Positions 40,847 through 51,850 are shown, counted from the first letter of the stretch. The stretch: DNA of 64,000 bases from an uncultured Eubacteriales bacterium (GCA_949299535.1 CASGAQ010000005.1:20424-84423), one strand, 5' to 3'. The notes: generated from the sequence alone by a model not told the origin. Made by a program: numbers and translations.

Positions 40847-41713
40847 ATGTCAATGGGAAAGAATATTGCTTATTTCAGAAAGAGCAAAAGATATACACAA
40901 GAAGAGTTAGGGCAGAAGATCGGAGTGACCAATCAAGCAGTATCAAAATGGGAGTTAGAAACCTCTATGCCTGATATCATGATTCTTCCTCAAATTGCAA
41001 ATGCACTTGATGTCACCTTGGATGATTTATTTGCAGAACGGATAGTTCAAACCTCAACACCACAATCCCATGTTTTCAATGAAAACGCTGTTCACAACTT
41101 TCCGAAAGCAGCACAAGCCATGATCATTGATTCCTTGTGTCATCAAACAAATTTAGTGAATTGCAATTCTTGGGACTTTTTGAAAGCAGAACAGAATCCC
41201 TCCACGAAAAAGTACGATCAAATACGGCAGTTTTACACGATGTGTTGTTTATCTGACACCGCAGGAGCTGCATTCGTGTCTAATACTCTCACGATGATCG
41301 ACTCCGGTATTAAGCCAACAGATATCGGTTCAATGTTTGATAAGCCTGAAGTAGCCTCTGGCATTAAAAAGCTATCGGATCCAAATGTGAGACAGGTGCT
41401 TTCTCATATTTGTAATGATTATTTTCAGAGCACAACACCGTTTGACCATAAGAATCCCGATTATTTTACGATAGAAATCCGACCGAATGAACTTTCTCGT
41501 CATCTTGGAATCTCCAGTGACAATATACTGGAAGCTTTGGAAAAACTGATATCCCTGCACATCGTAGAATTAGAAACAAATAACGGTACGCGCTATCTGC
41601 TTCACAAAATCAAAGCAATCGAGGCTGCAGTAACTTTCCGATTGATTGAAAGACTCATTCATAATGAAGCTGGCTTTGGTTGTGGTGAGTTTTTTGCACT
41701 GACACAATATTAA
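40847..41713 (+). CDS. XRE family HTH transcriptional regulator with C-terminal winged-helix-like domain
   Basis: TQEELG..IGVTNQAVSKWE..PDI; AAGGAGG RBS. Confidence 0.9.
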   Translation: MSMGKNIAYFRKSKRYTQEELGQKIGVTNQAVSKWELETSMPDIMILPQIANALDVTLDDLFAERIVQTSTPQSHVFNENAVHNFPKAAQAMIIDSLCHQTNLVNCNSWDFLKAEQNPSTKKYDQIRQFYTMCCLSDTAGAAFVSNTLTMIDSGIKPTDIGSMFDKPEVASGIKKLSDPNVRQVLSHICNDYFQSTTPFDHKNPDYFTIEIRPNELSRHLGISSDNILEALEKLISLHIVELETNNGTRYLLHKIKAIEAAVTFRLIERLIHNEAGFGCGEFFALTQY

Positions 41714-41879
41714 ATGGTTTTCTACAATCCTCGCCCCGCCACGCGCGGGGCTTTTCTTTGCTTTCAGCATATAAAAAAGCCACCACGAAAATCATAGTGA
41801 CTGATTTCATTTTACCGCTAACTGTGCACGCCGTCTTCTTTTGTTTTTTGTTTCTTATCATTACTATAACCGTACGATA

Positions 41880-42887
41880 TCAAAGAAGCACTATATTATT
41901 TTCCGTGCAGATACGCTTCGTTTCTTTGTCCCAAATGGAAACCTGAACCTCGCCTATATGAGCTTTCTGGAGCAAGAGCATAGAAAGTCTGGACTGACCT
42001 ATGCCTCCGCCCATCGTAAGAGGAAGTTCTCCGCCAAGAAGCGCTTTGTGGAAAGGCATATTCTTTCTGTCCTCGCATCCGGATTCCTTCAGCTGACGTT
42101 CAAGAGATTCTTTATCGACACGGATACCCATAGAAGAAATCTCAAAAGCGCATCCGAGAGTATCGTTCCAAAACATAATGTCGCCGTTGAGCGCCCAATC
42201 GTCGTAGTCGGGCGCACGTCCGTCATGGCGCTGTCCGGATCTAAGTTTGCCGCCTATCTGCATGATAAAAGCCGTTTTGTGCTCGCACAGGAAAATATTT
42301 TCGCGTTCCTTCGGAGTTCTATCGGGATACATATCTTCAAGTTCCTGCGTTGTAACGAACGTCACTTTTCGCTCAAGTTCGAGAGTGAGCTCGGGAAAAT
42401 GCGTTTTTATTGCGTCAAGCGTATCGCAAATGGCGTCGACCTCGCGCTGTACTGTGTCTTTGAGATATTCGATGTTTCTGTCATCTTTTGTTATTATCTT
42501 TTCCCAGTCCCACTGGTCAGTGTAGACAGAGTGGAGATTATCCATCTCCTCGTCGCGGCGAATGGCGTTCATATCCGTGTAAAGCCCCTCGCCCGCGGAA
42601 AATTTATATGTGTGAAGCGCCATACGCTTCCATTTTGCAAGAGAATGTACGACAACGGCGTCTTTGCCCGTTTCCTTTATATCGAATCTTACAGGGCGTT
42701 CGACACCGTTAAGATCGTCGTTAAGACCTGTGTCGGGATCTACGAACAAAGGAGCCGAAACACGTTTGAGATTGAGCGAGCTGCAAAGTTTATTTTCAAA
42801 AATTTTTTTAATCATGCCTATGGCAGTCTGGGTTTCATACATGCCGAGAAGCGACTTGTATCCCGCGGGAATGATTACCTTACTCAT
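41880..42887 (-). CDS. asnA: Aspartate-ammonia ligase
   Basis: HSLAKWKR, DQWDWE, RAPDYDDW, GGGIGQSR. Confidence 0.97.
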   Translation of the reverse strand: MSKVIIPAGYKSLLGMYETQTAIGMIKKIFENKLCSSLNLKRVSAPLFVDPDTGLNDDLNGVERPVRFDIKETGKDAVVVHSLAKWKRMALHTYKFSAGEGLYTDMNAIRRDEEMDNLHSVYTDQWDWEKIITKDDRNIEYLKDTVQREVDAICDTLDAIKTHFPELTLELERKVTFVTTQELEDMYPDRTPKERENIFLCEHKTAFIMQIGGKLRSGQRHDGRAPDYDDWALNGDIMFWNDTLGCAFEISSMGIRVDKESLERQLKESGCEDRKNMPFHKALLGGELPLTMGGGIGQSRLSMLLLQKAHIGEVQVSIWDKETKRICTENNIVLL

Positions 42888-43160
42888 GTTGACCTCTTTC
42901 ATAATTCAAATTCACATTATTTTTCATTTTATCATCTGACGGCGTAAATGTCAACCTAAAAGAAAGAAAAGAAGAATACTATCAGATATAAAGGTAAAAG
43001 CCGACGCAGAGCGAAGATATGACGTATAAAAGCATAAAAATAAAAATAAGTTTATAGCCTGTTCACAAAATATGCTTAAATTAAGTTTAAATTAAGTTTA
43101 TAATTAAAATATATCAATACAAAACAAATTAAAGATAACCGTAAGAACAGGAGTAGAAAA

Positions 43161-46115
43161 ATGCTTCAGCTAAAAAACATCATAAAGAAGTATCATACGG
43201 GCGATGAAACGGTCGAAGCGCTGCGCGGCATAAGTATGGATTTCCGCGAAAGCGAGTTCGTTTCAATACTCGGTCCCTCAGGTTGCGGAAAAACGACTCT
43301 CCTCAATATAATAGGCGGACTTGACCAATATACGGAAGGCGACCTGATAATCGATGGTAAATCGACAAAAGAATTTAACGACAGAGATTGGGATACATAC
43401 CGAAACCATAAAATAGGTTTTGTTTTCCAAAGCTACAATCTCATCGGTCATCAAACCGTTCTCTCAAACGTAGAACTTGCCCTTACTCTTTCAGGCGTTT
43501 CAAAATCAGAACGCCGAAAAAGAGCCGTGGAAGCTCTTGAAAAGGTCGGACTCAAAGATCAGATACATAAAAAGCCGAATCAGATGTCCGGCGGTCAAAT
43601 GCAGAGGTTAGCCATTGCCCGCGCGCTCGTAAACAATCCGAAGATATTGCTTGCAGACGAGCCTACGGGAGCTTTGGACTCAGCCACAAGTATACAGATA
43701 ATGGAGCTGCTCAAAGAAATATCTCAGGACAGACTCGTTATCATGGTAACGCACAATCCGGAACTTGCAGAGCGTTATTCCACAAGAATAATCCGTCTGC
43801 TCGACGGCAAAATGACGGATGATACCGACCCCTACAAATGGGAAGCCCCGAAAATTAAAAAGTCAGATCCGCCCGCGATAACGCGCACGCAGAAAAAAGC
43901 CGAGAAAAAAGCGAGCAAAAAAACTTCCATGTCGTTTTTTACGGCACTTTCGCTCTCGCTCAACAACCTTATGACAAAGAAAGCGAGAACGATACTGACA
44001 AGCTTTGCCGGTTCCATAGGAATCATAGGTATCGCGCTCATTCTTTCCATCTCCAACGGCTTGCAGCTTTACATCAATCATGTTCAAGAGGATACTCTCT
44101 CCTCTTATCCCATAACGATACAGGCAGAGTCCGCAGATTTGTCCTCTCTCGTATCCACGCTTATATCTACTGTAGAAGGAGAAAACTCGCATGAGCTTGA
44201 CAAAGTGTATTCAAGCGTCATTCTGTACGACTTGATGAATTCGCTTACAAACACCGAAGCGACTAAAAATAACCTTTATGATTTCAAGAAGTTCCTCGAC
44301 GAAAATATTGATAACGAATCTATAACCTCGGTCATATACGGCTATGATATGGAACTTCATATATATTCCTCGGATACGGAAAATATAAGACAACTGAACC
44401 CTTCATCTTTGATAGATAACATTTACGGAAACTCATCTACATTATCTTCAGTACTGCCAACGAACAGCTATAACATCTGGAGCGAGCTTATGCCCGGCAA
44501 AGACGGCGAATATGTAAATGAACTTATAAAAGAGCAGTACGAACTTATAGAAGGCGAATGGCCTGACAGTTATAACGAAGTGGTCCTCGTAGTCGACAAA
44601 AACAACGAGGTAAGCGACCTTGTTCTCGGTATGCTCGGCTTTAAGAGCGAAGAAGAGATGAACGAGATAATCAACGCAGCGCTCGAAGGCAGAGAGATAC
44701 CTTCCTCTCAGGAATCATGGGAGTATTCAGAAATACTTTCCACAACATTTAAACTCGTTCTCCCGACGGATTACTATCAGTATAACGACAAAACAGGCGA
44801 GTGGCTCGATATGAGCGAAAACGACAAGTATATGTCATACGTTCTTTCCAATGCGGAAGATATAAAGATAGTCGGTATCATACGTCCCGATGAAGAAGCG
44901 ATAGCTTCCTCCGTCACAGGCTCAGTAGGCTATACATACGCGCTTACCCAGCATGTAGCCGAAAAAATAAACGCAAGTGATATTGTAAAAGCACAGAAAG
45001 AGAACCCCGAAACGGATGTATTTACAGGTCTGCCGTTTAAAACGAACGATCATAAAGAACCCTCCGCGGAAGAAAAAGCACAGTCGGTAAAAGAATATGT
45101 CGCCTCTCTGGAGGAAACCAAAAAAGCGGAACTTTACACCGCGATAGCCTCACAAATGCCGGAAGACGAGCTTGAGGCGGCCGTGACGGAAAGCATGGCA
45201 AACTTCCCGACAAGAGAATCCATGGAAGCTGTCATAGCGCAGGCTTATGCCGCCGAAATGGGACTTTCGGAGGAAACAGTCCGCACATATCTTGCTGACA
45301 TGACAGATGAACAGATAACAGCGGCCATTAAGGAAATGCTGTCTATCCAGATAAAGGAACAATATTACTCCACAGTTTCCGAACAGCTTTCCGCAATGAG
45401 CATAGCACAGCTTTCCGCAATGCTCGACAATTACATTTCTTCTGCAACAAATGAGGAGCTTGCGCTCGTTTACGACACTCATATGCCCGCAACGGTCTCC
45501 GAAAGCACATATGACGACAACATAACAAAACTCGGCGTTTTCGATATTGACGATCCCTCGATGATAATCATATACGCCTCCAGCTTTGAAGCAAAAGACA
45601 ATATCTCTGCGCTCATAGATGAATATAACGCAGGAAAAGATGAAGAGGATATGATAACATATACAGACTATGTCAAACTCATCATGTCTTCCGTTACAAC
45701 GATAATCAACGCCATAAGCTACATACTTATAGCATTCGTTTCGATATCACTTATAGTTTCATCTATAATGATAGGTATCATCACATATATCTCTGTCCTC
45801 GAAAGAACAAAAGAGATCGGTGTTCTCCGCGCAATCGGCGCCTCCAAAAAGGATGTCGGCAGAGTATTCAATGCTGAAACACTTATAGTAGGCTTCGCTT
45901 CGGGAATGTTCGGCATAATAATAACCATTATTCTCAATATACCAATAAATATTGTGATACAATCAATAACTGGTATCGGAAACATCGCTTCGCTCCCCAT
46001 AGTCGGCGCAATAATACTTGTGCTGATAAGTATGTGTCTTACGCTTATAGCAGGTCTTATACCCTCCAAACTCGCGGCAAAGAAAGATCCCGTGGAAGCG
46101 CTTCGTTCCGAATAA
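43161..46115 (+). CDS. Fused ABC ATPase/permease (MacB/FtsX type) with large extracytoplasmic domain
   Basis: GPSGCGKT, MSGGQ, LLADEPT; ERTKEIGVLRAIGA FtsX motif. Confidence 0.95.
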   Translation: MLQLKNIIKKYHTGDETVEALRGISMDFRESEFVSILGPSGCGKTTLLNIIGGLDQYTEGDLIIDGKSTKEFNDRDWDTYRNHKIGFVFQSYNLIGHQTVLSNVELALTLSGVSKSERRKRAVEALEKVGLKDQIHKKPNQMSGGQMQRLAIARALVNNPKILLADEPTGALDSATSIQIMELLKEISQDRLVIMVTHNPELAERYSTRIIRLLDGKMTDDTDPYKWEAPKIKKSDPPAITRTQKKAEKKASKKTSMSFFTALSLSLNNLMTKKARTILTSFAGSIGIIGIALILSISNGLQLYINHVQEDTLSSYPITIQAESADLSSLVSTLISTVEGENSHELDKVYSSVILYDLMNSLTNTEATKNNLYDFKKFLDENIDNESITSVIYGYDMELHIYSSDTENIRQLNPSSLIDNIYGNSSTLSSVLPTNSYNIWSELMPGKDGEYVNELIKEQYELIEGEWPDSYNEVVLVVDKNNEVSDLVLGMLGFKSEEEMNEIINAALEGREIPSSQESWEYSEILSTTFKLVLPTDYYQYNDKTGEWLDMSENDKYMSYVLSNAEDIKIVGIIRPDEEAIASSVTGSVGYTYALTQHVAEKINASDIVKAQKENPETDVFTGLPFKTNDHKEPSAEEKAQSVKEYVASLEETKKAELYTAIASQMPEDELEAAVTESMANFPTRESMEAVIAQAYAAEMGLSEETVRTYLADMTDEQITAAIKEMLSIQIKEQYYSTVSEQLSAMSIAQLSAMLDNYISSATNEELALVYDTHMPATVSESTYDDNITKLGVFDIDDPSMIIIYASSFEAKDNISALIDEYNAGKDEEDMITYTDYVKLIMSSVTTIINAISYILIAFVSISLIVSSIMIGIITYISVLERTKEIGVLRAIGASKKDVGRVFNAETLIVGFASGMFGIIITIILNIPINIVIQSITGIGNIASLPIVGAIILVLISMCLTLIAGLIPSKLAAKKDPVEALRSE

Positions 46116-46196
46116 ATGATATGATCGAAAACAGGTACACAAATCCGTTTGCCGCACCGATATCATAAAAAATCAAATGCAATTAAAAGGATCACA

Positions 46197-46943
46197 ATGG
46201 AAAACGACAAAATACTGCAAGATCACCTTACAGACCTTTCCGCCAGAGCGAAAGAAGGCTCATATTACACATATTCAGGCTTTCTCTCTTTGGCGGAGCA
46301 GGATCTGCTCCTTAAAACGAAAACGGATATAAAATACAAACTCATCGGCGGGTACGAAAATGCAGAACGCAAACTTGCCGCTTTCGGAAGCAAAGAGGAC
46401 TTCGGATATGAGGAGGAAACTCCGATAGTATGCATAAAAATAGAACCTCTTATGCAAAAGTATGCCGACGCACTTTCACACCGGGATTTTCTCGGCTCGG
46501 TAATAGGCTTGGGACTTGAACGTGCTGTGACGGGCGATATAATAGTGCATGAAAATATCGGTTATATGTTTTGCCTTGAATCCATCGCGCCGTTTATCAC
46601 CGAAAATCTCAAAAAAGTAAGAAGAACAGATGTGAAATGCTCCGTTGTTTCGTCGCTTCCGACAGAAACGGTAAAAATACCTGAAGAAAGTACATTTTTC
46701 GTCGCTTCGGAAAGGCTTGACGCCGTTATTGCCGCAGTATTCAATATTTCAAGAAGCGAAAGCCAAAAGCTTTTTGATAAAGAACTTGTTTTTTGCAACA
46801 GCAACCTTTGCGAAAACGCAGACCGCCAAATTCAGGACGGCGGAGTGGTTTCCGTGAGAGGTTATGGAAGATTCATATACTGCGGAATAGAAAAAACAAC
46901 AAAAAAAGGCAGACTCTGTATAAAGGCAAGAGTATACAAATAA
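46197..46943 (+). CDS. YlmH/Sll1252 family S4-domain RNA-binding protein
   Basis: GGYENAER, HRDFLGS, RLDAV, RGYGRF, TKKGR. Confidence 0.92.
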   Translation: MENDKILQDHLTDLSARAKEGSYYTYSGFLSLAEQDLLLKTKTDIKYKLIGGYENAERKLAAFGSKEDFGYEEETPIVCIKIEPLMQKYADALSHRDFLGSVIGLGLERAVTGDIIVHENIGYMFCLESIAPFITENLKKVRRTDVKCSVVSSLPTETVKIPEESTFFVASERLDAVIAAVFNISRSESQKLFDKELVFCNSNLCENADRQIQDGGVVSVRGYGRFIYCGIEKTTKKGRLCIKARVYK

Positions 46944-46948
46944 TTATA

Positions 46949-46991
46949 AAATCTCCCCACATGTCTTAAAGACAATATGGGGAGATTTTTT
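46949..46991. terminator. Bidirectional terminator
   Basis: AAAATCTCCCCA/TGGGGAGATTTT. Confidence 0.8.
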
Positions 46992-47011
46992 ATATCAAAA
47001 ATGTTTTATAC

Positions 47012-48325
47012 TCAGATCCAATTTGCATCTTCAAAATCTTTGTAAAGAGCCTGTATAGCTTTCTTGTAATTGCTGTTGTCTACGCCGACAATGATATTCG
47101 TTTCGTCCGGCGGCTGAGCTATCATCTTTATATTTATGCCGACTGCGGAAAGAGAAGCAAAGATTCTGGCGCATATACCGCTCTTGCCCGCCATATTTCT
47201 TCCGACGATAGCAATAAGTGCAAGTTCTTTCTTTACGTTTACTTTTGCTCCGAGTTCGTTCTCAATCTTGGAAACTATATCATACATACAGCCCGAAACG
47301 GAAGAACCGGAAACTATGACGCTTACGGAATCTATGCCGGTGGGAAGATGTTCGACATTTATTTTATAATCTTCGAATATCTCAAGTACGCGGCGTGTAA
47401 ATCCTATCTCCGTTGACATATGATCCTTGAGAATATCGAAAGAAACAAAATCTTTCTTTCCTGCAATACCTGTGATGACGTAGCGTTCGTCATTGCAGTC
47501 GCGTTTGATTATAGTGCCGGGGCAGGAAGGCTCGTTCGTATTTCTGATATTTATGGAAATATTCTTCTCCTGCAAGGGAAAAATGCTGTCCTCGTGAAGA
47601 ACGTTTGCACCCATATAGGAAAGCTCGCGCAGTTCAGTATATGTTATCTGAGATATAGTTTTGGGATTCTCGACTATTCTGGGGTCTGCCGTAAGAGTAC
47701 CGGGAACGTCCGTCCAGTTCTCGTATATCTTGGCGTTCAAGAATCTTGCAAGGTAAGCACCGGTGATATCGGAGCCGCCGCGCGAGAAAAGACAAATTTC
47801 TCCGTTGGGATATGAGCCGTAAAATCCCGGAACAACGATCTTGCCGTGGCTTGAAAAGAATTTTTTCGCGTTCTGTTCGCTTCTTTCAAAATCCACTGTC
47901 CCGCTGTATGTGAATCTGATAATGTCTTTTGAATCAACAAAATCAAATCCCAGATATGCGCTCATAAGCTTTGCGGAAAGGTATTCGCCGCGGCTGATAA
48001 GATAATTTTGATCTATATCCTTTTTAAGTTTTGATTTTATGATGTCAAGGTCTGCGGAGATGTTGCTGGAAAGACCGAGATCTCTTTGTATCTCCAGATA
48101 TCTGCCGGCTATCATATTCCATATATCGGTGTAAGGCACGCCGTACTGAAGATGTGTATGGAGCGTGTAGAGCAAGTCTGTTATCTTGATATCATCGCTC
48201 GATTTTTTACCGGCGGCAGAAACAACAACTATCTGACGCTCATTGTTTGCGTCGATTATGCTTTTGACTTTCTTGAATTGCTCGGCGCTTGCCATTGAGG
48301 TGCCGCCGAATTTTGTAACTATCAT
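47012..48325 (-). CDS. lysC: Aspartate kinase
   Basis: KFGGTS, RGGSDITG, TDVPG..ADPR, ACT domains. Confidence 0.95.
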   Translation of the reverse strand: MIVTKFGGTSMASAEQFKKVKSIIDANNERQIVVVSAAGKKSSDDIKITDLLYTLHTHLQYGVPYTDIWNMIAGRYLEIQRDLGLSSNISADLDIIKSKLKKDIDQNYLISRGEYLSAKLMSAYLGFDFVDSKDIIRFTYSGTVDFERSEQNAKKFFSSHGKIVVPGFYGSYPNGEICLFSRGGSDITGAYLARFLNAKIYENWTDVPGTLTADPRIVENPKTISQITYTELRELSYMGANVLHEDSIFPLQEKNISINIRNTNEPSCPGTIIKRDCNDERYVITGIAGKKDFVSFDILKDHMSTEIGFTRRVLEIFEDYKINVEHLPTGIDSVSVIVSGSSVSGCMYDIVSKIENELGAKVNVKKELALIAIVGRNMAGKSGICARIFASLSAVGINIKMIAQPPDETNIIVGVDNSNYKKAIQALYKDFEDANWI

Positions 48326-48361
48326 GTTTTTTCTCCGTTCTGTAAAGTTTTCGTTTGCGCG

Positions 48362-49657
48362 TCAATTATCGCAAAGACAAAGATCCTCAAAAGTCTCTCG
48401 CTTTACGGCGATGCGTTCGCCGTTCTTTCCTACAAGAAGTATCGCGGGACGAGGTATCCTATTATAATTGGAAGCCATGGAGTAGTTATACGCGCCCGTT
48501 ACAAGCACGGCGAGAATATCTCCGCGCACAGGTCTGGGGAGCATTACATTCTCCTGGATAAGATCGCCGCTTTCGCAGCATCTGCCGGCGATGGAGCATT
48601 TGAAATCCGCAGTTTCGTTTGCTCTGTTTGCCAGCATTACAGTATATGCGGAACCATAGAGCGCGTATCTTGGATTATCGGGCATACCGCCGTCGATGGA
48701 AACATAATTTTTGAGATCGGCTATCTCTTTTACTGAACCGACGGTGTAAAGCGTTATACCGGTATCAGCAACGATACTTCTTCCCGGCTCCATAAGAATC
48801 TTAGGCATATCGACGCCAAATTCGGCACAGCGTTTTTTCACATGAGAAGCAACATCTGCAATATTCGCGTCTATGTCGATATGTGGATCAGCTTCAGTAT
48901 AGCGGACGCCGAAGCCGCCGCCGAGGTTGAGTATATTCGCTCTGTAAGAATACTTGGACTTAACGTCCGCAATAAATTTCAGCATAATATCGGCGGCGTC
49001 GCAGAAAGGCTCGCACTCGAATATCTGGGAACCTATATGGCAGTGGAAACCTTCAAGTATTATATGATTTTTGGAAAGAGCCGCTTCGACCATCTCATAA
49101 GCTCTGCCCGTTTCAATGGCGGAACCGAATTTTGAATCCACACTGCCGGTAACTACCGCTTTATGAGTGTGCGGGTCTATTCCGGGAGTAATACGGAGAA
49201 GTATCTTCTGTGAAATTCCGTGAGCGCCTGCGATCTCATTTATCGCCCCAAGCTCTTCCTCATTGTCGACGATAAAATAACCAAGACCGTTTTCAATAGC
49301 ATATTCTATATCCGCGTCGGTCTTATTATTTCCGTGGAAGAAAGCTTTTTCAAGAGGGAAACCGGCTTTTATAGCGGTATATAGCTCGCCGGAGGAAACG
49401 ATATCCGTTCCCATTCCGCACTCTGCGACTATTCTGTAAATGCCCGTAAAGCAGAGCGCTTTAGAAGCATAAAGAGGCATGGAATCTTCACCGAAATGCT
49501 TCTTCATGGAATTTACATAAAGACGGCAGTTTTGGCGAAGTCTGTCCTCATCAATGACATAGAGAGCAGTGCCGTATTTTTTGGCAAGGTCAACAGTATC
49601 AAATCCCGCTATGGCAAGATGTCCGTTTTCGTTTATTGTAAGGTTGGGGTAAAGCAT
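48362..49657 (-). CDS. lysA: Diaminopimelate decarboxylase
   Basis: YASKA, HCHIGSQ, EPGRS, CCESGD, GAY. Confidence 0.97.
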   Translation of the reverse strand: MLYPNLTINENGHLAIAGFDTVDLAKKYGTALYVIDEDRLRQNCRLYVNSMKKHFGEDSMPLYASKALCFTGIYRIVAECGMGTDIVSSGELYTAIKAGFPLEKAFFHGNNKTDADIEYAIENGLGYFIVDNEEELGAINEIAGAHGISQKILLRITPGIDPHTHKAVVTGSVDSKFGSAIETGRAYEMVEAALSKNHIILEGFHCHIGSQIFECEPFCDAADIMLKFIADVKSKYSYRANILNLGGGFGVRYTEADPHIDIDANIADVASHVKKRCAEFGVDMPKILMEPGRSIVADTGITLYTVGSVKEIADLKNYVSIDGGMPDNPRYALYGSAYTVMLANRANETADFKCSIAGRCCESGDLIQENVMLPRPVRGDILAVLVTGAYNYSMASNYNRIPRPAILLVGKNGERIAVKRETFEDLCLCDN

Positions 49658-49720
49658 AAATATCCTTCTTTCTTAAAGGGAAAGTAAAAAATCAGATTTA
49701 TATTTTTGGCAAAAAGCCGA

Positions 49721-50458
49721 TTATTTTCTTACCATGTCTTTTATTGTGTAAAGACCGGATTTCTTACCGCAGAGGAATTTACCCGCGGATACCGCGCCTT
49801 CGGCGAAAAGCGCGCGGTTGTGCGCTTCATGTTTGAGCGTAATCGTCTGAGAATCCGTGGAAATAACGACTTCGTGTATACCGACCACACTGCCGCAGCG
49901 AACGGAATTTATACCGATATCGTTCTTTTCGCGTTTCTTCATACCGTTTCTGCCGATAACGAATTTTGCGTCGGGACGGCTTGTCTTTATTTCATTCGCA
50001 ATGAGAAGAGCCGTGCCGCTGGGCGCGTCCAATTTATTTCTGTGATGAGTTTCCACTATTTCGATATCGGCGTCTTTCATAATTCGCGCCGCCTCGGCGG
50101 CAAAAGCCGCAAGTACAGCTATGCCTATCGACATATTGCCGGAATAAAATACCGGGAGAGTTTCAGCCGTTTCGTTGATATACGAAACTTCTTCTTCAGT
50201 GCAGCCGGTCGTGCCGATAACTGCCGGGACATTGTGCGCCTTAGCCCAGTCGAGAACGCCTCTTACCACGCTGTGGTGTGAAAAATCAATTACAACATCT
50301 GCCTCTGCCTTGACTTCTGAAAGAGAGGTAAGAACATTTTCACCGTCGCCGTTTACATCTACAAGAGCGGCGACCTCAAGCATATTGTCTTCGAGAACGA
50401 GCTTGGTTATCTCCTTGCCCATTCTTCCCAAAGCACCGTGAACAATAACTTTTATCAT
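49721..50458 (-). CDS. dapB: 4-hydroxy-tetrahydrodipicolinate reductase
   Basis: GALGRMG, ETHHRNKLDAPSGTA. Confidence 0.97.
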   Translation of the reverse strand: MIKVIVHGALGRMGKEITKLVLEDNMLEVAALVDVNGDGENVLTSLSEVKAEADVVIDFSHHSVVRGVLDWAKAHNVPAVIGTTGCTEEEVSYINETAETLPVFYSGNMSIGIAVLAAFAAEAARIMKDADIEIVETHHRNKLDAPSGTALLIANEIKTSRPDAKFVIGRNGMKKREKNDIGINSVRCGSVVGIHEVVISTDSQTITLKHEAHNRALFAEGAVSAGKFLCGKKSGLYTIKDMVRK

Positions 50459-50476
50459 GATAAAGCCTCCGAAAAA

Positions 50477-51367
50477 TTATACGTTGAGTCCGTATTCTCT
50501 CATAACGGAGAGCATCTTTTCATAAGGCTCGCCTTCCATGGGAACGAGCGGACCGCGGACAAAGTTTTTGCAGTAACCAAGAGCTGCCATAGCAGCCTTT
50601 ACGGGAATGGGGTTTACGTCGGAGAACATTGCTTTTGTTATCTTGTGCAGATAAAACTGCATCTGAGCCGCGCCTTTAATATCTCCCGCGAAGAATTTAT
50701 CGCACATCTCCACCATTTTTTCGGGCAGAACGTTGGAAACGACGGATATTACTCCGAGACCGCCGAGCGACATGAGCGGAACGACCTGATCATCGTTGCC
50801 GGAGTAGAGTGCAAGACTGCCGTTTGTAAGGGACATTGTTTCGACTATCTTTTCTATATTTCCGTTCGCCTCTTTGACAGCGACGATATTCTCGTGTTCA
50901 GCAAGAGCAGCATAAGTTGCGGGTTCTATGTTGACGCCGGTGCGGGAAGGAACATTATAAAGAATGATAGGCTTGTCGCTTGCATCCGCAACGTCGTTGT
51001 AAAGTTTTATAAGACCTTTCTGTGAAGTCTTATTGTAATAAGGAGTTACAACAAGAAGGGCGTCCGCGCCTGCTTTGCAGGATTCGCGTGCCAGAGCGAG
51101 TCCGTGTTCGGAATCGTTGCTTCCGGTACCTGCTATAACGGGTACTCTGCCGTTTACTTTCTCAACAGCATAAGAGATAGCGCCGATATGGTCTTTGTCG
51201 TTAAGCGTAGATGCTTCGCCGGTCGTACCGCAAATAACAAGGGCGTTTATGCCTCTTTTGACCTGATCCTCTATAAGAGCGCCGAACTGAGGGTAATTGA
51301 TACCGTTTTCGTCAAGCGGTGTGATAAGAGCGGTTGCAGTGCCTTTAAAAACGAGTTTCTTTTTCAT
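50477..51367 (-). CDS. dapA: 4-hydroxy-tetrahydrodipicolinate synthase
   Basis: GTTGE, PYY, YNVPSRTG, VKEA, NPIPVK. Confidence 0.97.
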   Translation of the reverse strand: MKKKLVFKGTATALITPLDENGINYPQFGALIEDQVKRGINALVICGTTGEASTLNDKDHIGAISYAVEKVNGRVPVIAGTGSNDSEHGLALARESCKAGADALLVVTPYYNKTSQKGLIKLYNDVADASDKPIILYNVPSRTGVNIEPATYAALAEHENIVAVKEANGNIEKIVETMSLTNGSLALYSGNDDQVVPLMSLGGLGVISVVSNVLPEKMVEMCDKFFAGDIKGAAQMQFYLHKITKAMFSDVNPIPVKAAMAALGYCKNFVRGPLVPMEGEPYEKMLSVMREYGLNV

Positions 51368-51458
51368 AGCTTTTACTTCTTTCTTAAAAAATATAATTTT
51401 TATAAATTCTCGATTCAACTGTATATACGGCTTTTGCGAAAGCTCAGGAACAGAGCAT

Positions 51459-51486
51459 AAAAAAACAGCTGACTTGCGTCAGCTAT
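51459..51486 (-). terminator. Riboswitch-associated terminator
   Basis: TAGCTGAC-GCAA-GTCAGCTG plus T7 on minus strand in the dapA leader. Confidence 0.85.
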
Positions 51487-51542
51487 CAAAAATCAAACAA
51501 TACGGGAAAAGAAAAAGATATTCCCTTCCGTGTTTTCATAAT

Positions 51543-51709
51543 CAATAGCTCTCCGCAATAAGCGACAATCCGTAAGATATTATTCCGCCGGACCAGGGAA
51601 ACGGTATACCGCATACTCCGCCCTTCGGCACCGATCCCTTTTGCTCGGCAGGTATTGCGGATACCTTTTTACAAGCTTTGCTACTGATGATCAAGTGCGC
51701 CTCTATAAT
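51543..51709 (-). ncRNA. Lysine riboswitch (L-box)
   Basis: Minus strand AGAGGCGC..AGTA..AAAGGG..GCCGAA..TGGTCC..GAATA..GGATTGTC..GGAGAGCTA upstream of lysine operon. Confidence 0.9.
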
Positions 51710-51720
51710 TAAACAATAGT

Positions 51721-51750
51721 ATTATATCATAAACTATATATATATGTCAA
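51721..51750 (-). promoter_or_regulatory. Promoter of dap/lys operon
   Basis: TTGACA-18-TATAAT with TG. Confidence 0.75.
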
Positions 51751-51850
51751 TATTTTTCAGCGCAAAAAAAGCTTTAACTGCTTTTTTGGACTTTATTCTT
51801 CACGATTCACGAAAAATGCGCAGAAAATACGAAATTTTCCGCAGATTCTG

